Assembly (NCBI GenBank): GCA_030634545.1
Contig: DAOWAN010000002.1
Span: forward strand, 1-57,230
DNA length: 57,230 nt
Source: Candidatus Nanohalarchaeota archaeon
GTDB lineage: Archaea; EX4484-52; B79-G9
Reading direction: 5' to 3'
Shown here: one piece after another, positions 42,757 through 51,747 of the stretch
How the letters are laid out: every line of letters begins with the position of its first letter
Position numbering within the stretch: position 1 is the stretch's first letter
The notes under the pieces: generated by a model
The model's database searches: none
What the model saw: the letters and a program-made list of their open reading frames with translations, nothing else
What the model was told of the DNA's origin: nothing
Made by a program: the position numbers and the translations under genes

Positions 42757-45700
42757 TTCTCTTTCTTTTTGGTTTGACAACCTTAATTATTATCAAAGTC
42801 CAGCCTATCAAAAAGATTAAAACAATGTATGTCCAAAATAATAATATATTGTAAAATAAAGAGATTATCGTGAAGACGAACATTATAATTTGTGATATTA
42901 AGTGTGTTGAGAACTTTGCTTTCTTGAATAATAATATCACCCAGAATAACATCAGTGCGTGAGTAAGCCATAAAACAGGATTGAATGCGTTCACCAACTC
43001 TATCTCATTGATGTCTTCTTTAATATATTGTTTCATATAATCATAAATAAGAACACCTATTGAATTGTCTTTGAACTTATCTAATATTTCACCAAACAAT
43101 AAAGAAGGGTCTGTGACATACTTCGTGATTGGATGGGTGTCTTTTGCACCTTTTAATGATGCTGGGCTTGTTACCTCACCAATGATGTTGACAACATATC
43201 TCTCCCCGATGATTATGTCTATCGGTGTCTCGATGTCCATGCAGAACGTCTCCCTTGTCTCTGATGACGGCAGGACTGTCATATATAATAAATTGTCAGT
43301 TTTTTCACAGTTCACTTCATTCTGGCATTTGAAAGTGTACCATAAACAGGCATTTCTCAGTGTTGCTTCAGGGTCTTCACATGTTATCTTGATTACCTGC
43401 GTGACTGTTGCAGTATTGATTATGTCAAGACAGTATTCCCTTGTTGAAGATGGTCTTATCCCAAGTTGTGCTGTCTCTTCGCTGAATGCGTTTACCGTGA
43501 CGATGTTGAACTTGACTTGTGGTTGTTCATCTCCGCCACCCCCACCACCAGACGGCGGTGCTGGTGCTGAGATTATATTCATGTCAAAAGAAGATGAATT
43601 TGTGATTGAGTTTCCTGAAGTGTCTGCACAAATCCATTCTGTAAAAGTGTAGTTACCTGTCTTGGTCGGTGTGAATAAGATTATCTGTGTGTTTCCTGAG
43701 CTTGATGATGCTGTGTACGTTGTCTTTACTGTGTCTGGGTCTGTGACATTCACTTTTAGATAATTTATTGAGCTTCCTGCATCGTAGCAGTCTGCCGTGA
43801 CATTGACCTGTACTTGCACTGTGCCTGAACTTGATACTGAATAGTTCTGCATAATCGGTGCTGTCGAGTCTCCAATAGTCAGTTCGCTTGAATTGTACCA
43901 AGAAGACCATTCTTCACTATCATTTACCCTGATAGAACAGAGCCATTTTTCACTACCAGATGTGTTGCCTGAACCTAAAATTTGATTGGTCATCCCATAC
44001 AAGATAGAATCATTGTACCATCTGAATTCCTGGCTAGATTCTGTGTCCAAATCAATATCTGAAAAAATATAACTACAATTCAAGTCATCAGAATTATCTG
44101 CTGGGCTTGGAGAAATAACTATTGAAGATATTGTTGGTATTGAATTTAATATAGTTATGTTTGAGATTTCATTTATGCTGTTCCTATATGCGTCATAAAC
44201 AGTTATACTACAATTCACTTCATCTGTTTTGTTAGTTAAGTTTGTAAAATTTGGACTTTTAATATTAGTGTTATTTGTGATTGATGTCTCTGTCCCATTT
44301 AGAACCAAACTATTGTTTATATACCAGTCCACGTCAGCATACAAACCCAATAATATATTATCTGTGATGGTGTAATTACAATACATTGTCTGGTTTTTGT
44401 AAGAAGACAAAGGATAAATAATAGGGCTTGTCTTAAAGACAGGTGATGTTGTATCTGTTACATTACTTAAAGGCAAGTAATCAATATTATTAGATTGTAA
44501 TGTGTGATTAATATCACATATACCATCTGTGTTAGAATCTGTGCAATTTTCACTAAAACCTGCACCTGTATATGTCGCCCAGTAATTACCACCTATCAAT
44601 CCTTTTATTTTATTTAATATTCTAGTTCCTGCTTGCTTTGTTGTGTTCCAGTATCTAAAAAATCCTGAATTACAATCAAAAGAAACACCATTAGACGTTC
44701 CTGTATGGTTTATTATACTGTTATAAATTGTTGAGTAGCCATTACATGTATACAAAGCAACTGTTGAACTAGACTGGAATATTGAATTAAAAAGTGTTAT
44801 TGTTGAATAATCATTATAAAAAGCATTACTGGTAGAATTATACACAGATAAATTTTCAACAGTACTATCATCACAATCTAAACAAAATAAACCATAATAT
44901 GTCTGTATTAAATCTACATTTGTTATATTAATTTCACTGCCGATTACAAAGATGCCGTTGTTATCATATCCTGTCTGGTCAATAGTAACATTACTAATAT
45001 GTACTGTTCCGCCCTCACAAGTTATTATTTCACTGACATTATTGGTGTCAGAAATAGAAGAACCTGCACTTAACACTGATATTGGCTTATTTCCAGTTCC
45101 AATAATATTTGTTGAAGAAGAAAAAGCACCACAATGCACATCTGAAGATGTTGGTGTTATATACACATCTACTTTTCCACTATTCAATATAATCACGTCT
45201 GTTAATTTTCCAGAAGCATCATTAGACTGATAATATCCATAAGATGAACTGTTAGTTATATTAACATTTTCTACATGAACATTATGGTAGTCAATAGTCC
45301 CATAAACATGAATACCGTTACCTGATAAATCAATCGTAGAATTTTCTATATATACATCTAGTTCACCAGCAGATTGTCCAACAACATAAATACCGTCATC
45401 TGGTGATGAAGTGATATGAATATTATGTATTTTATGGTCAACATCTGGTATTTTAATTGCTGAAGTATCCCAGTCTGATAAATAACAATTTTTAATGTAA
45501 ATCCCATCCCAGCTAGTAGTAATGATTCCATAATCAGCAGTATCATCTCCATCAATAGTGTTGCCCTGACAATCAAGAGTTACATTATTTCCTGTTATAT
45601 ACATGCAGTTTGAAGTTGTAGAGTTAGCGATAGATTGATTTAAAAAATAATGACTATTATCTTCACTTAATTCTGTGCAATCAGAAATTGTGATATTATT

Positions 45701-46942
45701 CAAATCTATATAAGTTATGTTTAAAAAAGGTCTTGTAGATACACCTAGACATCCAGCAGGGTCTCCAGATGTAGATTCTTTTGAACAAGCATCAAACTTA
45801 TCGTTTTGTCCCTGTAATGTTGCATTCCAAAGAAAACTTACATTATCATAACTATCATCATATTGATTATCAACCCAAGAAGTAACATTAAAAAACAACC
45901 AAAAATCATCAGCATCATAAGGGATTGTCGTATTTTCATCTATCTGATTACCGTGTTCTGGAAAATGGTCATAAGTTATTCCACTACTAATAGTTCCGTT
46001 ACCTTCCCACCACGTCTGATTGCTTACTTCATAAACATAAGTTTCTATTGTATCACCGTTATCATAATCGTTTGATTTTATAAAAATACCTAACATAGCA
46101 TCATTTACAGATGAAAAGTCAGGTATACTTGATATATTGAATTTAATAAAACTAAAAATTGATAAAACACTAACATCAGTTCCAGCCGATAACCTAGTAG
46201 CATCACCATAATTTGTATCAGCAATTATATTATATTGCACATAAGCGTCTTCTAAATTCTCTGTGTCTGCATCCTGCAAAGTTATTGTGGTTGAATTACC
46301 ACCAAACTTGAATTGCCTGCCTAAAGGACTGCTTGTGTATTGGAACTTATAATCATTAGCAACTATAATCCCGTCTTTCATCTCCCATTTATAATCATAT
46401 TTAATCTCGTACTTTATGCCGTCAACTTCCCATTTGTCAGAAATCTTGAACTGGCACTTGGCTTCAATATCGCTTTTTACAGTGCATTCCTCTGGATAAT
46501 CACTTGGATTCCCTGTGAAGTTTGTATGTATCAAGATGCCAGAGTTGTTGAAGTCAATGACATCCATATCAAAATCTGGGTCTGTCTCAAGATATTTGAC
46601 TTTATAATAATCTTTCAGGCTTTTCACAGAATCTTCAATATTTTTCCAGACACCATCTTCATAAACATATCTTGTTCCAGAATAGAGTGTTTTAGTGCAT
46701 TCTTCTTCAAAAAAAATGCTATCTCTACAATAATTATCCCTTAAATCAAGACAATAAACAGTTCCATTTTCATAAGTGTCGTAATCAACACAATAATCTG
46801 CATAACAGATTTCTTTTATTTTTTCTATTGGCGTACAAACAGTTTTTGTTGTCGGCGTGTAAGTTGTATCCTGTGCAGTAACTATACTTAATAGTAATAT
46901 ACAGAAGAGTAAATATATTAACCTTTTTGATAGATTTCCCAT
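42743..46942 (-). CDS. giant surface protein with right-handed parallel beta-helix (PbH1/NosD-like) region and C-terminal multi-TM anchor (1399 aa)
   Basis: Signal peptide MGNLSKRLIYLLFCILLLSIVTAQ. EDAYV...NYGD...FIKFNISSIP...YEVSNQTWWEG is a DNRLRE-like pattern. NVTLDCQGNTIDG...YGI...IKNC...GIYV...GNGIHV repeats and GGNYW...CTDSNTDGICD are beta-helix signatures. GGGGGG linker. 3-4 TM helices and a KPKRKRKK tail. Confidence 0.85.
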   Translation of the reverse strand: MGNLSKRLIYLLFCILLLSIVTAQDTTYTPTTKTVCTPIEKIKEICYADYCVDYDTYENGTVYCLDLRDNYCRDSIFFEEECTKTLYSGTRYVYEDGVWKNIEDSVKSLKDYYKVKYLETDPDFDMDVIDFNNSGILIHTNFTGNPSDYPEECTVKSDIEAKCQFKISDKWEVDGIKYEIKYDYKWEMKDGIIVANDYKFQYTSSPLGRQFKFGGNSTTITLQDADTENLEDAYVQYNIIADTNYGDATRLSAGTDVSVLSIFSFIKFNISSIPDFSSVNDAMLGIFIKSNDYDNGDTIETYVYEVSNQTWWEGNGTISSGITYDHFPEHGNQIDENTTIPYDADDFWLFFNVTSWVDNQYDDSYDNVSFLWNATLQGQNDKFDACSKESTSGDPAGCLGVSTRPFLNITYIDLNNITISDCTELSEDNSHYFLNQSIANSTTSNCMYITGNNVTLDCQGNTIDGDDTADYGIITTSWDGIYIKNCYLSDWDTSAIKIPDVDHKIHNIHITSSPDDGIYVVGQSAGELDVYIENSTIDLSGNGIHVYGTIDYHNVHVENVNITNSSSYGYYQSNDASGKLTDVIILNSGKVDVYITPTSSDVHCGAFSSSTNIIGTGNKPISVLSAGSSISDTNNVSEIITCEGGTVHISNVTIDQTGYDNNGIFVIGSEINITNVDLIQTYYGLFCLDCDDSTVENLSVYNSTSNAFYNDYSTITLFNSIFQSSSTVALYTCNGYSTIYNSIINHTGTSNGVSFDCNSGFFRYWNTTKQAGTRILNKIKGLIGGNYWATYTGAGFSENCTDSNTDGICDINHTLQSNNIDYLPLSNVTDTTSPVFKTSPIIYPLSSYKNQTMYCNYTITDNILLGLYADVDWYINNSLVLNGTETSITNNTNIKSPNFTNLTNKTDEVNCSITVYDAYRNSINEISNITILNSIPTISSIVISPSPADNSDDLNCSYIFSDIDLDTESSQEFRWYNDSILYGMTNQILGSGNTSGSEKWLCSIRVNDSEEWSSWYNSSELTIGDSTAPIMQNYSVSSSGTVQVQVNVTADCYDAGSSINYLKVNVTDPDTVKTTYTASSSSGNTQIILFTPTKTGNYTFTEWICADTSGNSITNSSSFDMNIISAPAPPSGGGGGGDEQPQVKFNIVTVNAFSEETAQLGIRPSSTREYCLDIINTATVTQVIKITCEDPEATLRNACLWYTFKCQNEVNCEKTDNLLYMTVLPSSETRETFCMDIETPIDIIIGERYVVNIIGEVTSPASLKGAKDTHPITKYVTDPSLLFGEILDKFKDNSIGVLIYDYMKQYIKEDINEIELVNAFNPVLWLTHALMLFWVILLFKKAKFSTHLISQIIMFVFTIISLFYNILLFWTYIVLIFLIGWTLIIIKVVKPKRKRKKNI

Positions 46943-47451
46943 TTTAGTTTTGTGTCATACTGCTTGTACCTGAAGAATGCAAACTGGTTCTGACCGCATT
47001 GCACACCCATGATGATGTCCTTGTCATAATCTTTATTGTCAACCCATGATTCAAGTGCTTCTATATCCTGCTCTGATAAAACACATATACCGTCTTTGTG
47101 GTTGTGCATATCTATCAACACATTACCTTTGCATGCGTACCTTAATGCGTATGATTCATCCGCTTCAGTCACAAAAGCATCGTCAAGAGAATAGATATAT
47201 ATCTTTCCTTCACGTTCACCGCCGTAAAGACAGATTGCATATTCTGAGTCAAAAATATAATAGAGCCAGTTCAACTGGTCAACAACTTCAGGCTTGAAAT
47301 AAATCTCTGTATCACTTGTCTCTGCTTGGATTTCTTTTGGAACAAAACCAGAGATGATTGGGACTCTGTAATTATAAATGCTTACTGCTGTTATCAGACC
47401 CATTAAAAATGATATTATTATTAATAGAATTATCAGTAATGTGTTATTCAA
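46918..47451 (-). CDS. membrane-anchored JAMM/MPN+ (JAB) metalloprotease candidate (177 aa as called)
   Basis: EYAICLYGG plus HNHKDGICVLSEQD equals E...HxH-x7-S-xx-D, the JAMM motif (nt 47065-47106). N-terminal TM. The track start is a TTG with no SD, and the ORF is in frame with the upstream ORF across one TGA. Confidence 0.65.
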   Translation of the reverse strand: MNNTLLIILLIIISFLMGLITAVSIYNYRVPIISGFVPKEIQAETSDTEIYFKPEVVDQLNWLYYIFDSEYAICLYGGEREGKIYIYSLDDAFVTEADESYALRYACKGNVLIDMHNHKDGICVLSEQDIEALESWVDNKDYDKDIIMGVQCGQNQFAFFRYKQYDTKLKWEIYQKG

Positions 47452-47499
47452 TTTGTTGCTTATTATTGATTTCTTTTTTGGTCTTGGAACTATTTTTAA

Positions 47500-47502
47500 T
47501 CA
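47500..47502 (-). other. in-frame TGA between 47503-48618 and the JAMM ORF
   Basis: 48618 and 47451 are in the same frame. The 16 intervening codons (LKIVPRPKKKSIISNK) are open. Confidence 0.6.
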
Positions 47503-48618
47503 CCTTTTTTTAATTATCTTGTAGATTGCGTAAAGACCGAACAACAGCCCTGAAATAAAGATAATTATCCCAGTAGTTGCATTGCTCTGGTATATGAAGA
47601 AGCCCGTCCCCATCAGTACAGGCATCAATATCAAAGAATAATTTTTTATCTCGAACTTCATCGGCTTCAGCTTTTTTTCTGTTATTGACTTCTTTCTCCT
47701 CTTAGTCTTCTTGAGCCTGTTGTTGTATAACCATGTCCCAAGTATCAAGCCAGAAGAAACTATCAATAAAAGCCAAAACATTGCTTGCCTTAGAAATTCG
47801 TTGGCAGACAAATAATCTCTTAAATACCAGAAGAATAGATTGTTTAGATGAAGTGCGAGTGCAGGTGTCCACTGTCCTGTTATGATTGTGAATACACCTG
47901 ATTCAATGCCAAATAATGTATGACCTATGATGTCCCTTTCTCTGCCACCAGATACAATAGTGTGGATTATTCTCCAAATGAAGCCAGATGCACCTATACC
48001 CACCACTATAAGAGAGATTAATAATGCAACCATCATTGAACTGACGACTGCCATGACAATAAGTACAACAAGAGAACTCAATGCACTTATCACCACGACC
48101 AAAGAGCCTGTCTCTGATGGTGCTGGAAATAATGTAAAAAATAAGTCTGCACTGATTATATCAAATATTGCCTGCGGTCTGACAGGAAATATATAATTTG
48201 AAAAGAAATTTCCGACTGCTGACTGCGGTGCAAACATCGAGCCTATGAACATCGGTATTGAAAAAAGGCTTGTCCATGTCACAAAAGACAAAAGATAACT
48301 GTTATTGATGCGTTCAAGAAGATATGCAAAATCATCTTTTGGGTTTCTGATATACCATTGGTGGATAAGAGAAATCTTTGGCTTGAACAAAAATGATTTG
48401 AACCATCTGACACCTGTATTTATGTCTATCAATGTTACAACTGGCAGTGTAAATATCAAGAAAGAATATATAAAGAAGATTTTAGTGACTGAATCATTAG
48501 AACTCAGACCTTCTGTGAAAATTATGTAACCGCCCAGAATAACTATTAAAACAAGAATTATAGCAGTTGTGCCTGTGTTTCTCTTTTCTTCAGGCGTATT
48601 ATCAGTCCTTTCAACCAT
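47500..48618 (-). CDS. polytopic integral membrane protein (372 aa, about 8-9 TM)
   Basis: Multiple long hydrophobic segments. Preceded by the duplicated 34-nt promoter. Confidence 0.8.
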   Translation of the reverse strand: MVERTDNTPEEKRNTGTTAIILVLIVILGGYIIFTEGLSSNDSVTKIFFIYSFLIFTLPVVTLIDINTGVRWFKSFLFKPKISLIHQWYIRNPKDDFAYLLERINNSYLLSFVTWTSLFSIPMFIGSMFAPQSAVGNFFSNYIFPVRPQAIFDIISADLFFTLFPAPSETGSLVVVISALSSLVVLIVMAVVSSMMVALLISLIVVGIGASGFIWRIIHTIVSGGRERDIIGHTLFGIESGVFTIITGQWTPALALHLNNLFFWYLRDYLSANEFLRQAMFWLLLIVSSGLILGTWLYNNRLKKTKRRKKSITEKKLKPMKFEIKNYSLILMPVLMGTGFFIYQSNATTGIIIFISGLLFGLYAIYKIIKKR

Positions 48619-48626
48619 GATTATTA

Positions 48627-48660
48627 TTTTAAATTTGTTTTTGAGTATTTATATTTTTCT
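48627..48660 (-). promoter_or_regulatory. TATA promoter plus 5' region, identical 34-mer to 35749-35782
   Basis: Same 34 nt at the same 8-nt distance from the ATG at 48618. Confidence 0.65.
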
Positions 48661-48662
48661 TT

Positions 48663-49586
48663 CTAACCAGTGATGTTGATTCTCAGTTTTATTGCATCAT
48701 CAAATTCACGCCTGCCTGTGAACTCATCCATCAAAAGAAGATTTATCCTGTCACGTTCCCTATGTTCATAATCATAGTCAAAACCCATATAAATCTCGAA
48801 CTCTGTGAAGCCTTCCTCAAGTGTGTTCATCTTCAAGTTGATTAAATCTTCCTGCGTAACTGGAATATCATCCCAGACAATATATTCTGTATCGTGCTTC
48901 TCATTGTAATCAGCCAAGTCATCATAATCATCCATCAGCGTTTCCAGAAACAGTTTCTCAAGCTCTTCCTTTATGCCGAACTTGAAGCATGAGTCATATT
49001 TGTTCTTCAATCTTATCGGCAGTTCAACATAGAGAAAATATTCATCATCAAGTTTTGGGACAAGACCGACAACCTTATTAGAATTTTCCTGAATGCAGAA
49101 CGCTGGGTCTTTAAAGATGCCTTTCTTTATGTAAATGATTATCCTGTAAAATCTGCCATAGTCAATGTACGTCACTTCTGGCTGTGCCTTGTAATTGATA
49201 TACATCTTACAGTCCTTTTCTTCGATGTTGCAGACTGCTGGCTCAAAATAATATTCATCTGTCAGCAAAGTCAGAGTATAGTTTGTGTTGTTGAGGACAT
49301 CATCATATATCATCTTGTAATTTTTTTCAAGCAATCCAGACTGGACAACTTTATTGCCAAGCCGAAGCTCATAATCCAAACCATAGATGCGTTCAGTCCC
49401 TTCAAAGACTTTTATCTCGAAATGATGCTGTTGTTCTGGAAGCTCTGGCTCTGGCTCTTTTTCCCTTATCTTCTTAGTCACCGTGATTCCAATAATAATT
49501 ATAAAGATGATTCCGATAATCAACAGTCCGCCGATGATGAGATTAGAAAGGTCTCTCTCTTCCTTCACTTCTTCATACTCTTGCAT
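48663..49586 (-). CDS. single-pass membrane protein (307 aa)
   Basis: Acidic N-terminus, a TM (LIIGGLLIIGIIFIIIIGITV), then a soluble domain. TATA box 22 nt upstream. Confidence 0.8.
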   Translation of the reverse strand: MQEYEEVKEERDLSNLIIGGLLIIGIIFIIIIGITVTKKIREKEPEPELPEQQHHFEIKVFEGTERIYGLDYELRLGNKVVQSGLLEKNYKMIYDDVLNNTNYTLTLLTDEYYFEPAVCNIEEKDCKMYINYKAQPEVTYIDYGRFYRIIIYIKKGIFKDPAFCIQENSNKVVGLVPKLDDEYFLYVELPIRLKNKYDSCFKFGIKEELEKLFLETLMDDYDDLADYNEKHDTEYIVWDDIPVTQEDLINLKMNTLEEGFTEFEIYMGFDYDYEHRERDRINLLLMDEFTGRREFDDAIKLRINITG

Positions 49587-49608
49587 TAATGATTATTATT
49601 TCAGAACT

Positions 49609-49625
49609 GGTTTATATATTTTATT
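49609..49625 (-). promoter_or_regulatory. TATA-box promoter
   Basis: The coding strand reads AATAAAATATATAAACC, ending 22 nt from the ATG at 49586. Confidence 0.55.
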
Positions 49626-49660
49626 AAAATAAAAAAAAAGAAAAAATAATATTTTTTCAG

Positions 49661-51070
49661 CTAAGGACTTAATGTCTGTGCTATCCTATCTGTTGCACTT
49701 GCTAGACCGATTAAGTCAATGTCAGCCAAGTCTTCACCTGAACTTCCGCTAGCACCATTAACTTCTTCATCGTTTGCTGTTGCTGAGTCATCGTAATCGA
49801 CTAATATTTCGTCAAAAAAGATGTGCCATTCAACAACTGCATTTTTACCTTTAGCAACTTGTCCTTCAGTACACTCGTATAGTTTCTCATTACCGTCAAC
49901 AACTGAGTCTTCACCGCTTGAACTAACGATTGTATTGTCACACTCTTCCTGCATCTCTGCTTGGAATAATATCTGTTTGGTGTTCACATTAGCTGTGCTA
50001 AATGGAACATCTCCTGTTATTCCTGAAGTGCCGTATTCTAACCACACACCATCTGCTGTACCGTTTTCACCGTAAGGTGTCACAGTAAGATAAGCCCTTT
50101 CAGTATTACCTGAAGCAAGTGGGTTATCAAGAACAATGGCGTATCCATCTTCAGAGACTTTCAATTCTATTACTGCTGTCAAGTCTATGCTTGTTGATGT
50201 GGTCAAGTCTGAGTGCATCCAACCATTCAAAGAAGCATCTAAGTCTTTTTCATGGTCTTCATCATCCATTGCGACACCACCTAACTGATATTCACCAGAT
50301 TCAAGTGCGTCTGATAGATAATTGTATTCAAGCCTGACGTTGGTTGTTCCGATGTTGAAATCATCAAAAGCGGATTGACCTATCAAGTCTTTGTCTACTT
50401 TTTCTGCCAGTTGGACAACAAATGCAAATGGGATTACGTCTCCAACTTCAGTACCTATGACTGCTCTAACCATGACTAGGTATTTACCGCCTGCTTTTGA
50501 CATTGTTGCTTCTTCAGTTGCACCTGCATCTGAGTCAACATCTCCTAAGTCTTTAGCAATCAATTCAATACCGTCTCCTTCTAAGTCATCTTGCCAGTCT
50601 GCTGTTTGGTATCCTCTGTAAAGATTCACTCTACAAAATGGATTATCGCCTGTCGGCATACCTTCAATCCATTGCATACCTTCTTCCGCAACTGTTACTG
50701 TTGGCTTTGAAAAGTCAATAACCACTGGGTTAGCGAATGCGTTGTCACAATCAAGATGATTCTCATCCTTCAAAATATCCAAATCATCTGATGTTATCTC
50801 AAAAATGTGCCACTCTACGTCATCAGGGTCGTCTTGCTCTGCACTGTCACTTGAGTCAAATTCAAGCTCAATGTCTCCACGTGCTATCCTGTGGAAATCT
50901 GCACCAGAAGGGGCTACTGTTTCTTTAGTGAAAAAAAACACTAAACCAACAAGAGCAAGTAAGAAGCAACCGCCAATGATTAAGTTTCTTGTACTATGGT
51001 CGTCTTTTTTTTGTACTATTTTAATCACCGTTTTTGGTTTTTTAAGTCTCACTGCCATACAACGGCACAT
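49661..51070 (-). CDS. membrane-anchored acidic protein (465-469 aa)
   Basis: MAVRLKKPKTVIKIVQKK... plus a TM (LIIGGCFLLALVGLVFFF), then TKETVAPSG. Asp/Glu-rich and beta-rich ectodomain. The second ATG (51058) gives the family-typical MA start. Confidence 0.8.
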   Translation of the reverse strand: MCRCMAVRLKKPKTVIKIVQKKDDHSTRNLIIGGCFLLALVGLVFFFTKETVAPSGADFHRIARGDIELEFDSSDSAEQDDPDDVEWHIFEITSDDLDILKDENHLDCDNAFANPVVIDFSKPTVTVAEEGMQWIEGMPTGDNPFCRVNLYRGYQTADWQDDLEGDGIELIAKDLGDVDSDAGATEEATMSKAGGKYLVMVRAVIGTEVGDVIPFAFVVQLAEKVDKDLIGQSAFDDFNIGTTNVRLEYNYLSDALESGEYQLGGVAMDDEDHEKDLDASLNGWMHSDLTTSTSIDLTAVIELKVSEDGYAIVLDNPLASGNTERAYLTVTPYGENGTADGVWLEYGTSGITGDVPFSTANVNTKQILFQAEMQEECDNTIVSSSGEDSVVDGNEKLYECTEGQVAKGKNAVVEWHIFFDEILVDYDDSATANDEEVNGASGSSGEDLADIDLIGLASATDRIAQTLSP

Positions 51071-51106
51071 GAAACTGCGTTGTAATAGATTTACAATTTG
51101 CTTTCT

Positions 51107-51119
51107 AGTTTATATATGT
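51107..51119 (-). promoter_or_regulatory. TATA-box promoter
   Basis: The coding strand reads ACATATATAAACT, 37-49 nt upstream of the candidate ATGs. Confidence 0.45.
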
Positions 51120-51137
51120 TGGTTTTTAAGAAAAAAA

Positions 51138-51545
51138 TCAATATGTTATACTGTAACCACAAGTGTCTTCCAAGAATATGATGAACGGGTGCGGATGTAT
51201 TATATTTTCCCTTACTTTATCAGCCCAGTCTTTAGATAATTTGTATGTAGTGCAATCGATACCGCCTTTCATGACCCTGTTGTTCTCAACCAAGACTTTA
51301 ATCTCTATGAGCATGTCAATAAAGTTAGTTGGGAATGAAGATTTATAATCGTTGTAAAGATACAGCTTCCAGTCTTTTTTTGTACCCCATTTATGCTCTG
51401 CCTTGAACTTATAATGTTGTTTGTTTTGATTAAACTTGAACAGTTTGGCTAGGACAATGCACTCTGGGGGCATCTGGTTCAGGAAACTAATGCTTCTCTT
51501 TTGGTTGTTCATCTTCAAGCTCTTCTGGTGTCTTGTATTCAACAT
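51138..51545 (-). CDS. hypothetical protein (up to 135 aa; start uncertain)
   Basis: The ORF overlaps the upstream gene by 59 nt. Internal ATGs at 51512 or 51473 are possible starts. Confidence 0.55.
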   Translation of the reverse strand: MLNTRHQKSLKMNNQKRSISFLNQMPPECIVLAKLFKFNQNKQHYKFKAEHKWGTKKDWKLYLYNDYKSSFPTNFIDMLIEIKVLVENNRVMKGGIDCTTYKLSKDWADKVRENIIHPHPFIIFLEDTCGYSITY

Positions 51546-51747
51546 CTATTATATTTATCAACAACATCCTTTTCGGCATGTCTAGATAATACTTCATCTT
51601 CTTTTTGTTAGTGACCCAGAACTTCTGCGTACCTCTGGCAACCTTGATTCTCTTGATTTCTTTTCTTCTTTTATGAATATTTTTGAGCCTTTTGGCTTTC
51701 TCTTTCTGCACAGTTTTCATGTGCTTCTTCTGTTGCTCTGGTGTCAC
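51487..51747 (-). CDS. small highly basic protein (86 aa)
   Basis: MTPEQQKKHMKTVQKEKAKRLKNIHKRRKEIKRIKVARG... Confidence 0.6.
   Translation of the reverse strand: MTPEQQKKHMKTVQKEKAKRLKNIHKRRKEIKRIKVARGTQKFWVTNKKKMKYYLDMPKRMLLINIIDVEYKTPEELEDEQPKEKH

Noticed and set aside
43065-43652. 195-aa plus-strand ORF. Also 44952-45230, 45863-46075 and 46340-46744 (+), and 42783-42971, 43653-43910 and 45358-45576 (- alternative frames)
   Set aside because: All lie inside the 1399-aa gene, whose frame has clear domain signatures. These are shadow or alternative-frame ORFs.
50805-51239. 144-aa plus-strand ORF, and other plus ORFs at 49821-50928
   Set aside because: They are antisense to the 469-aa membrane protein gene and run across its promoter. 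They have shadow-frame composition.
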